Shown: positions 1 to 7,771, counted from the stretch's first letter. The stretch is DNA of 15,142 bases from an uncultured Deferribacteres bacterium (GCA_964014485.1 CAXHAT010000189.1:1-15142); one strand, 5' to 3'. The notes: generated by a model from the sequence alone, not told the origin. Numbers and translations: made by a program.

Positions 1-598
1 CTTCCGAAGAAAAATTGCCGGGGATTTTGGGCTGAGCAAAATCTGGCGCGCTCTCAGTTTGATTTAAGAAATTCGGTGATGTATCGTCTTGTTGTGCGGC
101 TTGCGGCCAAGTCAGCTTAAATTCTTTTGAAACCGGCTGTAAGCATGCGACGTCGTTGCAGGCTTGGTAATAGAATTCGCCCTGAATGGCGATATTTTCA
201 GCATTAACTTTTTCAGAGAGCTTAAGCTTGGCAGTAATCGTGAATCTCTCTTCAAAGACGGCGAGCTTTTTTTCTGAGAATGAAAATTTGGCGAGCTTGT
301 GCTGCGGATAGGAAATTTTTTCAATCGTGTAATCCGGCGAGTGCTGAAATTTTAAAGCCGTTGGGATTAAGAATTCTTCGAGAGGCGTGTTGCTGTTGAT
401 GTGCCACTCCGGGCGAATGTCCACTTCGACCGAAATGTCGAGCACTGCCCCGGGCTTGACGTTTTGGGAAACGATGTGCGGCCGAATTTCGAGAACCTCT
501 TCCGGGTTGACTATTTGAGCGAGGCCAAGAGTCCAGCCAAAAGCGAGCATGAAAAATGTTTTTGCAACAATTATGTATTTCAATTTGGCGGTCAACAT
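1..598 (-). CDS. dsbD: Thiol:disulfide interchange protein DsbD-like, N-terminal (alpha) domain; 3'-partial, runs off the window edge
   Basis: Manual translation of the minus strand from ATG 598 (AGGA 7 nt upstream) is open to base 1: MLTAKLKYIIVAKTFFMLAFGWTLGLAQ (signal peptide-like)...WHINSNTPLEEFLIPT...YPQHK...FYYQACNDVACLQP. The WHIxS, YP and YQAC-x4-C-xxP motifs are typical of the DsbD N-terminal Ig-like domain. Absent from the ORF track because there is no stop in the window. Confidence 0.85.
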   Translation of the reverse strand, partial: MLTAKLKYIIVAKTFFMLAFGWTLGLAQIVNPEEVLEIRPHIVSQNVKPGAVLDISVEVDIRPEWHINSNTPLEEFLIPTALKFQHSPDYTIEKISYPQHKLAKFSFSEKKLAVFEERFTITAKLKLSEKVNAENIAIQGEFYYQACNDVACLQPVSKEFKLTWPQAAQQDDTSPNFLNQTESAPDFAQPKIPGNFSSE

Positions 599-657
599 GT
601 TATTTTCCTGAATCTTGGGCGTGAGCGTTTGCAGATAATTGACTCAACGTTCTATCG

Positions 658-673
658 GCAAAAAAAATTCCAA
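658..673 (-). promoter_or_regulatory. Possible sigma54 (-24/-12) promoter for dsbD
   Basis: Minus strand reads TTGGAATTTTTTTTGC: GG-N10-GC spacing with TTGC at -12, about 60 nt upstream of the dsbD ATG. The -24 element (TGGAAT) deviates from TGGCAC. Confidence 0.3.
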
Positions 674-683
674 GCCAAACGTC

Positions 684-754
684 GTCAGATTGACAGAAGT
701 TGAAGCGTTGATCCGACATTGACAGGCTTTTGTGTCACATGGGCAAAATTGACA
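684..754. promoter_or_regulatory. Cluster of TGACA/TGTCA half-sites, candidate activator binding region
   Basis: ATTGACA occurs three times (TTGACA at 690, 719, 749; spacing 29 and 30). Palindromes GTCA-gat-TGAC (684-694) and TGACA-N8-TGTCA (720-737). None of the TTGACA hexamers has a good -10 at 16-18 bp. Confidence 0.35.
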
Positions 755-825
755 TTAATGAAGCGAGTTGTCGTAAGGTCTTCAAAGCTCTGTTTTTATT
801 GTATCTTAAGCAGATCAGTGTTAGC

Positions 826-841
826 TTGGTATAAACATTGC
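826..841 (+). promoter_or_regulatory. Putative sigma54 (-24/-12) promoter facing lon
   Basis: TTGGTATAAACATTGC: GG(828-829)-N10-GC(840-841), close to TGGCAC-N5-TTGC. The TGACA cluster lies about 100-165 bp upstream of the implied start site. Confidence 0.45.
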
Positions 842-926
842 GCAAAGCAGAATTTCAATTTTTTGATCCTGATAGATCGTCATTATTGTAGGCTACGTTT
901 CTTACAACTAAAATCCCGAATATAGA

Positions 927-1131
927 TTCACTGCCTGACACTTTTTGTATAGGCTTCTAAAACTGGCGAAAAAGGCCGGAATTGTCATGCTGGAAGCATC
1001 TTTTTTGATCCGTACCCTTGAACTTTTGAGCATGCTCTGTACTGGGCGATAACAAAGATTCCTACTCAATGACAAAGCGAGGCTTCTCGACGGCTCGAAA
1101 ATGCAGTTCACAAAAAGTGTCAGGTAGAGAG
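927..1131. mobile_element. Non-autonomous MITE / internally deleted IS remnant
   Basis: Terminal inverted repeats CTGCCTGACACTTTTTGT (931-948) and ACAAAAAGTGTCAGGTAG (1110-1127), 17/18 match. Flanked by direct repeat AATATAGA (919-926, 1132-1139), or GAATATAGA if the right end is 1130. No transposase. Confidence 0.75.
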
Positions 1132-1187
1132 AATATAGAAAAACCAATTTCGAGAAACAAACTTTTGAATATATACAAGGAATGGTC

Positions 1188-3620
1188 ATGAGCGAGAATA
1201 ACACAACCAGCGATGTTGCGGATGAATTGATCGATTTTGAAATCCCGCAGGTGCTGCCGTTGCTCCCTCTTCGAAACACGGTTATTTTTCCCCATCAAAT
1301 TCTGCCGTTACAGGTCGGCAGAGAAAAGTCTCTGCAATTGCTTGAAGAAGCGACTGGCGACGAGCGTCTTCTCATGGTCGTTGCTCAAAAGGACGCTGAG
1401 CTCGAAGATCCTGAGCCGGAAGATCTTTTCCGGTGGGGAACGATTGTTCGCGTATTGAAGATTTTCAAGCTCCCCGACGGTTCACGCAGCGCAATGGTGC
1501 AAGGCTTGGATCGCGCCCGCATACTCGATTTTATTGAAACCGACCCTTATTTGCGTGTTGCCGTTCAAGCGGCGAAGGAAGAACGCCAGGAAGGCTTGGA
1601 CGTGGAAGCTATGGTCTCCAATCTTCGCGGGTTGTTCCAAAAGGCAGTCGAATTGGCGCCTTATCTCTCGCCGGAACACACCATGTTGGTTCTGAATACT
1701 GAGTCGCCCGCCCGGCTGGCTGACATTGTCGCATGGAACTTAAACGTCCCGATGGAAGGGAAGCAGGACATCTTGGAAATTGTCGATATTCGCAAACGGC
1801 TGGAACGCGTTACGATTATTTTGAGCAAAGAATTGCAAATTCTTGAGTTAGGCAGCAAAATTCAGGATCAGGTTCAGGGCGAAATCAACAAGAACCAGCG
1901 CGAATATTATCTTCGCGAACAGATGAAAGCCATTAGAAAAGAGCTTGGCGAAGAAGGTGACGACGGCGCCATCGAGCAGAGGGAATTAAGGCAAAAGCTG
2001 AAAAAGGCAAGATTGCCGAAAGACGCGAAAAAAGTCGCGGAGAAAGAGCTGGACCGTTTGTCCCGAATTCCTCCGGCCGCCGCTGAGTATTCCGTTTCAA
2101 GAACTTACCTCGATTGGCTGCTTGACTTGCCGTGGAGCAAATCTACCAAGGATAACCTGGAGATTAAGGGCGCGCGAGAAGTGCTTGACGCCGATCATCA
2201 TGACCTTGAAAAAGTGAAAAAGCGCATTCTTGAGTTCCTCGCCGTTCGTCAGCTAAAGGCGGACATGAAAGGCCCGATTCTTTGCCTGGTTGGCCCGCCC
2301 GGCGTCGGAAAAACCTCACTGGGGCGTTCCGTTGCTCGCGCTATGGGGCGCAAATTCGTGCGCATTTCTCTGGGCGGCGTGCATGATGAAGCGGAAATTC
2401 GCGGCCACCGTCGTACGTACATTGGCGCGCTGCCGGGAAGGATTATTCAATCCGTCAAAAAAGCGGGCAGCAACAATCCGATTTTTATGCTCGATGAAAT
2501 TGATAAGATCGGACAAGATTTTCGTGGCGATCCCAGCTCTGCGCTCCTTGAAGTGCTTGACCCGGAGCAAAATTCAACCTTTTCCGATCATTATCTCGAA
2601 GTTGAATTTGATCTTTCGAAAATCATGTTTATCGCGACGGCGAATGTGGTTTCGAGCATTCAACCCGCATTGCGCGACCGGATGGAGTTTATCGAGATTC
2701 CGGGTTATACCGAAGAAGACAAAGTGCAAATCGCGAATAAGCATTTGTTGCCGCGTCAACTGGAAATGCACGGACTGACAGAAAAGCAAATCTCTTTCGA
2801 TGATTCAGCAATCCACCGTATTATCACGCGTTATACCCGTGAAGCGGGCGTGCGAAATTTGGAGCGCGAGATTGCGAATGTCTGCCGAGGCGTTGCGCGA
2901 GAAATCGTGGAAGGCGTGGCGGAAAGCAGGAGCATCTCGGACGAAGATATCCATAAATATCTCGGCGCTGAAAAATTCTTTCGCGACGTGAAGGAGCGCA
3001 CCTCAAGGAGCGGCGTCGCCACTGGTCTTTCGTGGACGCCGACCGGCGGAGATATTTTATTTATTGAAGCCACAAAAATGCCGGGAAAAGGCGGGCTTGC
3101 CCTAACAGGCCAGCTCGGCGACGTTATGAAGGAATCTGCTCACGCGGCGCTTTCATTAATTCGTTCAAAGGCTGAAGAATTCAACATTGATAAAGAAGTT
3201 TTTCAAAATCAGGATTTGCATGTTCATGTTCCGGCCGGGGCCATTCCCAAAGATGGGCCAAGTGCGGGCGTCACGTTGTTTACCGCGATTTTGTCGCTCC
3301 TGACCGAACAAAAAGTGCCTCATGACGTTGCGCTTACCGGCGAAATCACGCTTCGCGGGCTGGTCTTGCCAGTCGGCGGAATTAAGGAAAAAGTCCTGGC
3401 GGCAAAACGCGCCGGGATCGACAAAGTGATTATGCCGGATAAGAACGAGAAAGACCTCGAAGACGTTCCGGAGCACATCCGCAAGACGATGGAGTTTCAT
3501 TTTGTGAAGGAAATCGAGGACGTCATTAAACTGATTCTGGACAACAAGCCGAAGAAAAGACAGCGTCGTAAGAAAACAAAGCCAATCGATGAACTGCCTG
3601 TTGAAACGATGCTTGCCTAA
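1188..3620 (+). CDS. lon: ATP-dependent protease La (LonA)
   Basis: Lon N-domain ([13 protein letters not shown]), Walker A GPPGVGKT, Walker [24 protein letters not shown], catalytic PKDGPSAG (Ser) and GGIKEK (Lys). ATG 1188 preferred over 1182 because AAGGA (1177-1181) sits 6 nt upstream of it. Confidence 0.98.
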   Translation: MSENNTTSDVADELIDFEIPQVLPLLPLRNTVIFPHQILPLQVGREKSLQLLEEATGDERLLMVVAQKDAELEDPEPEDLFRWGTIVRVLKIFKLPDGSRSAMVQGLDRARILDFIETDPYLRVAVQAAKEERQEGLDVEAMVSNLRGLFQKAVELAPYLSPEHTMLVLNTESPARLADIVAWNLNVPMEGKQDILEIVDIRKRLERVTIILSKELQILELGSKIQDQVQGEINKNQREYYLREQMKAIRKELGEEGDDGAIEQRELRQKLKKARLPKDAKKVAEKELDRLSRIPPAAAEYSVSRTYLDWLLDLPWSKSTKDNLEIKGAREVLDADHHDLEKVKKRILEFLAVRQLKADMKGPILCLVGPPGVGKTSLGRSVARAMGRKFVRISLGGVHDEAEIRGHRRTYIGALPGRIIQSVKKAGSNNPIFMLDEIDKIGQDFRGDPSSALLEVLDPEQNSTFSDHYLEVEFDLSKIMFIATANVVSSIQPALRDRMEFIEIPGYTEEDKVQIANKHLLPRQLEMHGLTEKQISFDDSAIHRIITRYTREAGVRNLEREIANVCRGVAREIVEGVAESRSISDEDIHKYLGAEKFFRDVKERTSRSGVATGLSWTPTGGDILFIEATKMPGKGGLALTGQLGDVMKESAHAALSLIRSKAEEFNIDKEVFQNQDLHVHVPAGAIPKDGPSAGVTLFTAILSLLTEQKVPHDVALTGEITLRGLVLPVGGIKEKVLAAKRAGIDKVIMPDKNEKDLEDVPEHIRKTMEFHFVKEIEDVIKLILDNKPKKRQRRKKTKPIDELPVETMLA

Positions 3621-3624
3621 ATTC

Positions 3625-3663
3625 AAAAGCCCCGTAAGTTTCGCAAAAATCTACGGGGCTTTT
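3625..3663. terminator. Intrinsic terminator after lon (symmetrical, possibly bidirectional)
   Basis: AAAAGCCCCGTA (3625-3636) ... TACGGGGCTTTT (3652-3663), immediately after the lon stop. Confidence 0.8.
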
Positions 3664-3901
3664 CAATGACCGCGAACTCAAACCACTAAACAGCGTTCCG
3701 CCAAGACGCTCGATTCTATCTTATCCACGAAATAAAAACGCCTCCGCAGCCTTCTCTTGCCTTACATTTTTCATTCTGCCATTTGAATCCGACGAAAAGT
3801 CCAAATTATCAGGACAAGACTGTCTTTGATAGCATTTACTACCTGATGTTACGCACGCGTCGTATGGCACGCGCGATCAGAGTCCACGAGCAACTTTTGA
3901 T

Positions 3902-4035
3902 TCTCATTAGCTCCGCTCTTCAGAGCGGAGATTTTTGAAAGCGACCGCCCCTTCTCTTCCGCCGCGCCGGCGCGGCGGAAGAGAAGAAAAGGAGCGTCTT
4001 GTGCGTCACCGGGCTGAAGCTCGGCGCTAATGAGA
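3902..4035. repeat. Inverted pair of REP-like hairpins (REPIN-like)
   Basis: 3902-3930 TCTCATTAGCTCCGCTCTTCAGAGCGGAG versus reverse complement of 4007-4035 TCTCATTAGCGCCGAGCTTCAGCCCGGTG: 23/29 identical. Each folds into its own hairpin around TTCA, preceded by TTAG. Confidence 0.75.
3951..3986. repeat. Perfect 36-bp GC-rich palindrome
   Basis: CTTCTCTTCCGCCGCGCC|GGCGCGGCGGAAGAGAAG is its own exact reverse complement. Confidence 0.95.
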
Positions 4036-4281
4036 TAAACTTTGCTCCAAGACTCGGCATGTGCGCTGCTGCGCGTAACATGAGTTACTACAACATTGAT
4101 TGAGCTTCACAATCATGCCAATCTGTGCATAGCTGCGTTTGAAAGACTGTCTTGTCCTGAAGCTGGCTAAACATTGTCGAACTGTCCGGGGATCGCCTTC
4201 TGAGAAAGTAAATTGTTGGAGTCTGGCGTTTCAGGGTGACGGAAAACGGTTTCCCATTTTCCCCGCGGAGAAATTTTCTTC

Positions 4282-4309
4282 TTGGATTATTAGATTGAAA
4301 AACTATATT
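4282..4309 (+). promoter_or_regulatory. Putative sigma70-type promoter of the feo operon
   Basis: TTGGAT (4282-4287)-N16-TATATT (4304-4309); the -10 abuts the DtxR/MntR box. Confidence 0.35.
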
Positions 4310-4345
4310 TAGGCTAACCTAAAAATAATTTTAGGCAATCCGTTT
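4308..4345. promoter_or_regulatory. Tandem DtxR/MntR(SirR)-family operator boxes
   Basis: Near-palindrome TTTAGGCTAACCTAAA (4308-4323) matches the TTAGGTTAACCTAA-type box of DtxR-family repressors. A degenerate second copy TTTAGGCAATCCGTTT starts 22 bp later (4330). Lies directly upstream of a DtxR-family gene. Confidence 0.75.
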
Positions 4346-4387
4346 TTTTTTGTTGAGCGGCAAAAATATTTTGGTTGAAAAAACAAA

Positions 4388-5413
4388 ATGACCGATCCGT
4401 TACAAGCGTTAATTTTTGTGAGCGTACTCAGTCTGTTGACCGCATTTATTTTTTGGCCTGAACGCGGAATCTGGGGGCAGTTGAAGCGTGCGAGGCGAAA
4501 TACTGAGCGCGTGCTGATCGAAGATGCGCTTAAGCATTTGTACGACATGGAATCGAAGGAGCAGCCCGCAACAATTGAGAGCGTGGCTGGTGCCTTGGCG
4601 GTCAATCGCGATCAAATTGCGAAATTAATGGCCCGTCTTGAACAACTCAATCTCATTTCCTCGCAGCATAACGCGTTTGCTCTGAGCACGGAAGGCAGGG
4701 CGTACGCGCTGAAAATGATCCGGGTGCATCGTCTCTGGGAGCGCTACCTGGCTGATGAAACCGGCGTTCCTGAAATCGAATGGCACGACAAAGCTGAAAA
4801 TCTTGAGCACACCACAACGTCGGAACAAGCGGAAGATATGGCGGCGCAAATGGGCAATCCGCTCTATGATCCCCACGGCGATCCAATACCCACGAGTACG
4901 GGACATTTACCGCCCGTCAAAGGCGGCCCGTTGACTGATCTGAATGTCGGCGATATTGCGAGAATCACGCATCTGGAAGATGAGCCTAAGGTGGTTTATG
5001 CACAAATTATCGCTCAAGGCTTGCACCCGGATTTGATGATTCGCGTCGAAGAAAAATCACCTGAGAGAATCCGTTTGGTCGCTAACGGCGAAGAAGTGAT
5101 CCTTGCTCCCGTGATTGCTGCGAACGTCACAGTTGAAAAACAGAAAAAAAGTTCTTTTGTCAAGACTTCCCATGAAACGCTGGCTTCGCTCGATATTGGG
5201 GAAAAATGCGAAGTGATCGGCGTTTCGCAGCTTTGCAGAAGGACGCAGCGTCGGCGATTGATGGATTTAGGTCTGGTGCCTGGAACCGAAGTTTCAGCGG
5301 AATTGCGCAGCGCCGGCGGCGATCCAACGGCTTATTCTATTCGCGGCGCAACCATCGCCTTGCGAAAAGAACACGCTGAATTGATTCACGTTCGTCGAAA
5401 GGAGGCCGCGTAA
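4388..5413 (+). CDS. DtxR/MntR-family metal-dependent regulator with N-terminal hydrophobic segment and two C-terminal FeoA domains
   Basis: EDALKHLY (winged HTH start), [17 protein letters not shown] and DPHGDPIP are DtxR-family motifs. Two FeoA/SH3-like repeats follow, the second canonical ([15 protein letters not shown]...[17 protein letters not shown]). Residues ~7-23 are hydrophobic. Confidence 0.92.
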   Translation: MTDPLQALIFVSVLSLLTAFIFWPERGIWGQLKRARRNTERVLIEDALKHLYDMESKEQPATIESVAGALAVNRDQIAKLMARLEQLNLISSQHNAFALSTEGRAYALKMIRVHRLWERYLADETGVPEIEWHDKAENLEHTTTSEQAEDMAAQMGNPLYDPHGDPIPTSTGHLPPVKGGPLTDLNVGDIARITHLEDEPKVVYAQIIAQGLHPDLMIRVEEKSPERIRLVANGEEVILAPVIAANVTVEKQKKSSFVKTSHETLASLDIGEKCEVIGVSQLCRRTQRRRLMDLGLVPGTEVSAELRSAGGDPTAYSIRGATIALRKEHAELIHVRRKEAA

Positions 5414-6213
5414 TGGCTGATATGAATAAACACGATTGCGCCAACTGCCCGGTGCATAACGTCGGCAATCTCGTCAAGCTCGGCGTGAACATGGACTCAT
5501 GGGATTATGTCGTCGCGTTGGCGGGCAATCCGAACACCGGCAAAAGCACGGTTTTCAATGCATTAACCGGTTTAAGACAACATACCGGCAACTGGCCCGG
5601 AAAAACCGTAACGCGAGCGGAAGGCGGTTTTAATTATCAGGAAAAGCGCTACAAAATCGTCGATCTCCCCGGAACGTATTCCTTGCTTTCTACCAGTACG
5701 GATGAAGAAGTGGCGCGTAACTTTATCCTTTTCGGACAACCGGACGTCACGTTGATCGTCGTGGATGCGACGCGTATTGAGCGTAATCTCAATCTCGTTT
5801 TGCAAGTGCTTGAGATCACCGACAGGGCCGTTGTCTGCGTGAACTTGATGGACGAAGCGCGCCGTCACGGGATCAAAATTGACGAACGTTCATTGGCGAA
5901 AAAATTGGGCGTTCCCGTCGTGCCTGCCGCGGCAAGAAGTGGTGAAGGAATCCCGGAAATTTTGACGCAGATTCACGCTGTTGCAACCGGTGAATTTGTT
6001 TGTAAGCCTTACCGTATAAAAAGCGGTTCAAAATCCGTTTCCGGCGCTTTGGAAAAACTCTCGGCATTAGTGGCTGAACGTTTTCCCGGGCTTGTCAACG
6101 CGAGATGGGTGGCGCTGCGTTTATTGGAAGGCGACCGTCGTATTGTTGAAGCTGTCTCGACTGGTGAAATCGCATCTTTGGCGCGCGAGGAAACGCTTGT
6201 CACCGCGCAGTAA
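5413..6213 (+). CDS. feoB: FeoB N-terminal GTPase domain as a stand-alone protein
   Basis: G1 GNPNTGKS, G2 NWPGKT, G3 DLPG, G4 NLMD. Start overlaps the upstream stop (TAATG), with GGAGG at 5401-5405. No transmembrane domain. Confidence 0.93.
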   Translation: MADMNKHDCANCPVHNVGNLVKLGVNMDSWDYVVALAGNPNTGKSTVFNALTGLRQHTGNWPGKTVTRAEGGFNYQEKRYKIVDLPGTYSLLSTSTDEEVARNFILFGQPDVTLIVVDATRIERNLNLVLQVLEITDRAVVCVNLMDEARRHGIKIDERSLAKKLGVPVVPAAARSGEGIPEILTQIHAVATGEFVCKPYRIKSGSKSVSGALEKLSALVAERFPGLVNARWVALRLLEGDRRIVEAVSTGEIASLAREETLVTAQ

Positions 6214-6232
6214 ATTGATCTAAACTCTGGCT

Positions 6233-7660
6233 ATGAATCATAAAACAAAAGAAAACGAAGCGATCATCAACGCCGCGAATGCGCTGCGTTGGGAAATCGG
6301 CGAGAATTTTCACGATGAATTGATGGCTTCGATTTACAAAGACGCGGCGGACATTTCCGCGCAGGTTGTTGAAAAAGAGGGCGTCAAACGCGCGTTTAAT
6401 TGGGATCGCACGCTTGATCGAATCTTGACTGGACGTTGGACAGGATTGCCTGTGATGCTCCTGCTTTTGACGTTTGTGTTCTGGTTCACCATCGCGGGCG
6501 CAAATGTGCCCTCGGCCATGCTCGCGACATTGCTGGTGGAAACCGTGCAGCCGATTTTGAAGGACGGTGCGGCTGCAATTGGGCTGCCGTGGTGGCTCAG
6601 CGGTTTTTTGATCGACGGCGCTTATCTTGCAATGGCGTGGGTGATCGCGGTGATGCTGCCGCCGATGGCCATCTTTTTCCCGCTCTTTACTTTGTTGGAA
6701 GACTTTGGCTACCTCCCGCGCGTCGCTTTCAATCTCGACAATCTTTTTCGCAAATCCGGCGCTCACGGCAAGCAAGCTTTAACAATGAGCATGGGCTATG
6801 GCTGTAATGCGGCGGGAATCGTCGCCACGCGGATTATTGACAGCCCGCGCGAACGGCTGATCGCCATTATTACCAACAACTTCGCGTTGTGCAACGGGCG
6901 CTGGCCAACACAGATTTTGGTCGCGTCGCTGTTTATCGGCGCATTGGCGCCGCCTGCGCTCGGTGGTTTGGTTTCCGCCGGAGCGGTCGTCGCTGTTGTT
7001 TTAATCGGCGTGGCGCTTACGTTTTTAACATCTTGGGCGTTATCGAAAACAGTCTTGAAAGGTGAAGCGTCATCTTTTAGTCTGGAATTACCGCCCTATC
7101 GTCCGCCGCGAATCTTACAAACATTGTACACCTCGTTGATCGACCGTACAATTTTTGTCCTTTGGCGCGCCATTCTTTTTGCCGTACCGGCAGGCATGGC
7201 TATTTGGCTGGTCTCTAACATCATGATCGGCGAAATCAGTCTGGCAGAGCACATCATCGATTTTTTTGATCCTTTCGGTTTGTTGATCGGATTGAACGGC
7301 GTCATTCTCTTGGCTTACATCATTGCGATTCCGGCGAACGAAATCATCATCCCGACGATTTTGATGTTGACAGTTCTAAGCGCGAAAATCGCGGGGATGG
7401 GGGAAGGGGCCGGCGTGATGTTCGAGTTGGGCGACGACGCGGCTTATATGACCGTTTTCCAAGCGGGCGGCTGGACATTGCTGACTGCGGTCAATTTGAT
7501 GCTTTTCAGCCTTGTACACAATCCGTGCTCGACCACGATTTATACAATTTACAAAGAAACCGGCAGTTGGAAATGGACGACGGTTTCGGCAATTTTGCCG
7601 GTGGTCATGGGCTTGGTTCTCTGCTTTTTTGTTGCGCAGTTTTGGCGATTGTTGAGTTGA
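6233..7660 (+). CDS. feoB: FeoB transmembrane (Gate/FeoB_C) permease domain as a stand-alone protein
   Basis: [58 protein letters not shown] and many hydrophobic helices are FeoB membrane-domain hallmarks. Confidence 0.93.
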   Translation: MNHKTKENEAIINAANALRWEIGENFHDELMASIYKDAADISAQVVEKEGVKRAFNWDRTLDRILTGRWTGLPVMLLLLTFVFWFTIAGANVPSAMLATLLVETVQPILKDGAAAIGLPWWLSGFLIDGAYLAMAWVIAVMLPPMAIFFPLFTLLEDFGYLPRVAFNLDNLFRKSGAHGKQALTMSMGYGCNAAGIVATRIIDSPRERLIAIITNNFALCNGRWPTQILVASLFIGALAPPALGGLVSAGAVVAVVLIGVALTFLTSWALSKTVLKGEASSFSLELPPYRPPRILQTLYTSLIDRTIFVLWRAILFAVPAGMAIWLVSNIMIGEISLAEHIIDFFDPFGLLIGLNGVILLAYIIAIPANEIIIPTILMLTVLSAKIAGMGEGAGVMFELGDDAAYMTVFQAGGWTLLTAVNLMLFSLVHNPCSTTIYTIYKETGSWKWTTVSAILPVVMGLVLCFFVAQFWRLLS

Positions 7661-7684
7661 GAAATGTTAAAATTTCCAATGCCG

Positions 7685-7712
7685 GTAGAGACGCGATGCA
7701 TCGCGTCTCTAC
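7685..7712. repeat. GTAG-type REP palindrome
   Basis: GTAGAGACGCGATGCATCGCGTCTCTAC is a perfect 28-bp palindrome with GTAG/CTAC ends, 24 nt after the feoB stop. Confidence 0.8.
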
Positions 7713-7721
7713 GAAAACCGA

Positions 7722-7749
7722 TTGCATTTTGAGCTATAATTTTTAAATT
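7722..7749 (+). promoter_or_regulatory. Putative ssrA promoter
   Basis: TTGCAT (7722-7727)-N16-TAAATT (7744-7749); a TATAAT is also present at 7735-7740, in an AT-rich stretch just upstream of the tmRNA. Confidence 0.3.
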
Positions 7750-7771
7750 ATTGCGCTTGACGCAAATTCCC

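Larger units (their letters stand above)
3843..4084. mobile_element. 242-bp MITE with 7-bp target-site duplication
   Basis: Ends CTGATGTTACGC (3843-3854) and GCGTAACATGAG (4073-4084), 11/12 inverted match. Directly flanked on both sides by TTACTAC (3836-3842 and 4085-4091). Confidence 0.7.
3809..4160. repeat. Outer inverted-repeat pair enclosing the nested structure
   Basis: TCAGGACAAGACTGTCTTT (3809-3827) and AAAGACTGTCTTGTCCTGA (4142-4160) are reverse complements at 18/19 positions. No flanking direct repeat seen. Confidence 0.7.

Noticed and set aside
690..754. Three perfect TTGACA hexamers as sigma70 -35 boxes
   Set aside because: None has a credible -10 at 16-18 bp; treated instead as possible activator half-sites.
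112..1298. ORF-track calls 112-324, 401-703, 719-925, 908-1279, 1062-1298
   Set aside because: Shadows of dsbD or lon, or frames crossing promoter and MITE DNA; no recognisable motifs.
3721..3729. TTATCCACG, 8/9 match to a DnaA box
   Set aside because: Single imperfect copy with no box cluster or origin context.
3809..4160. CRISPR array or attC cassette interpretation of the repeats
   Set aside because: Repeats are inverted and nested, not direct with unique spacers; no cas or integrase genes and no cassette ORFs.
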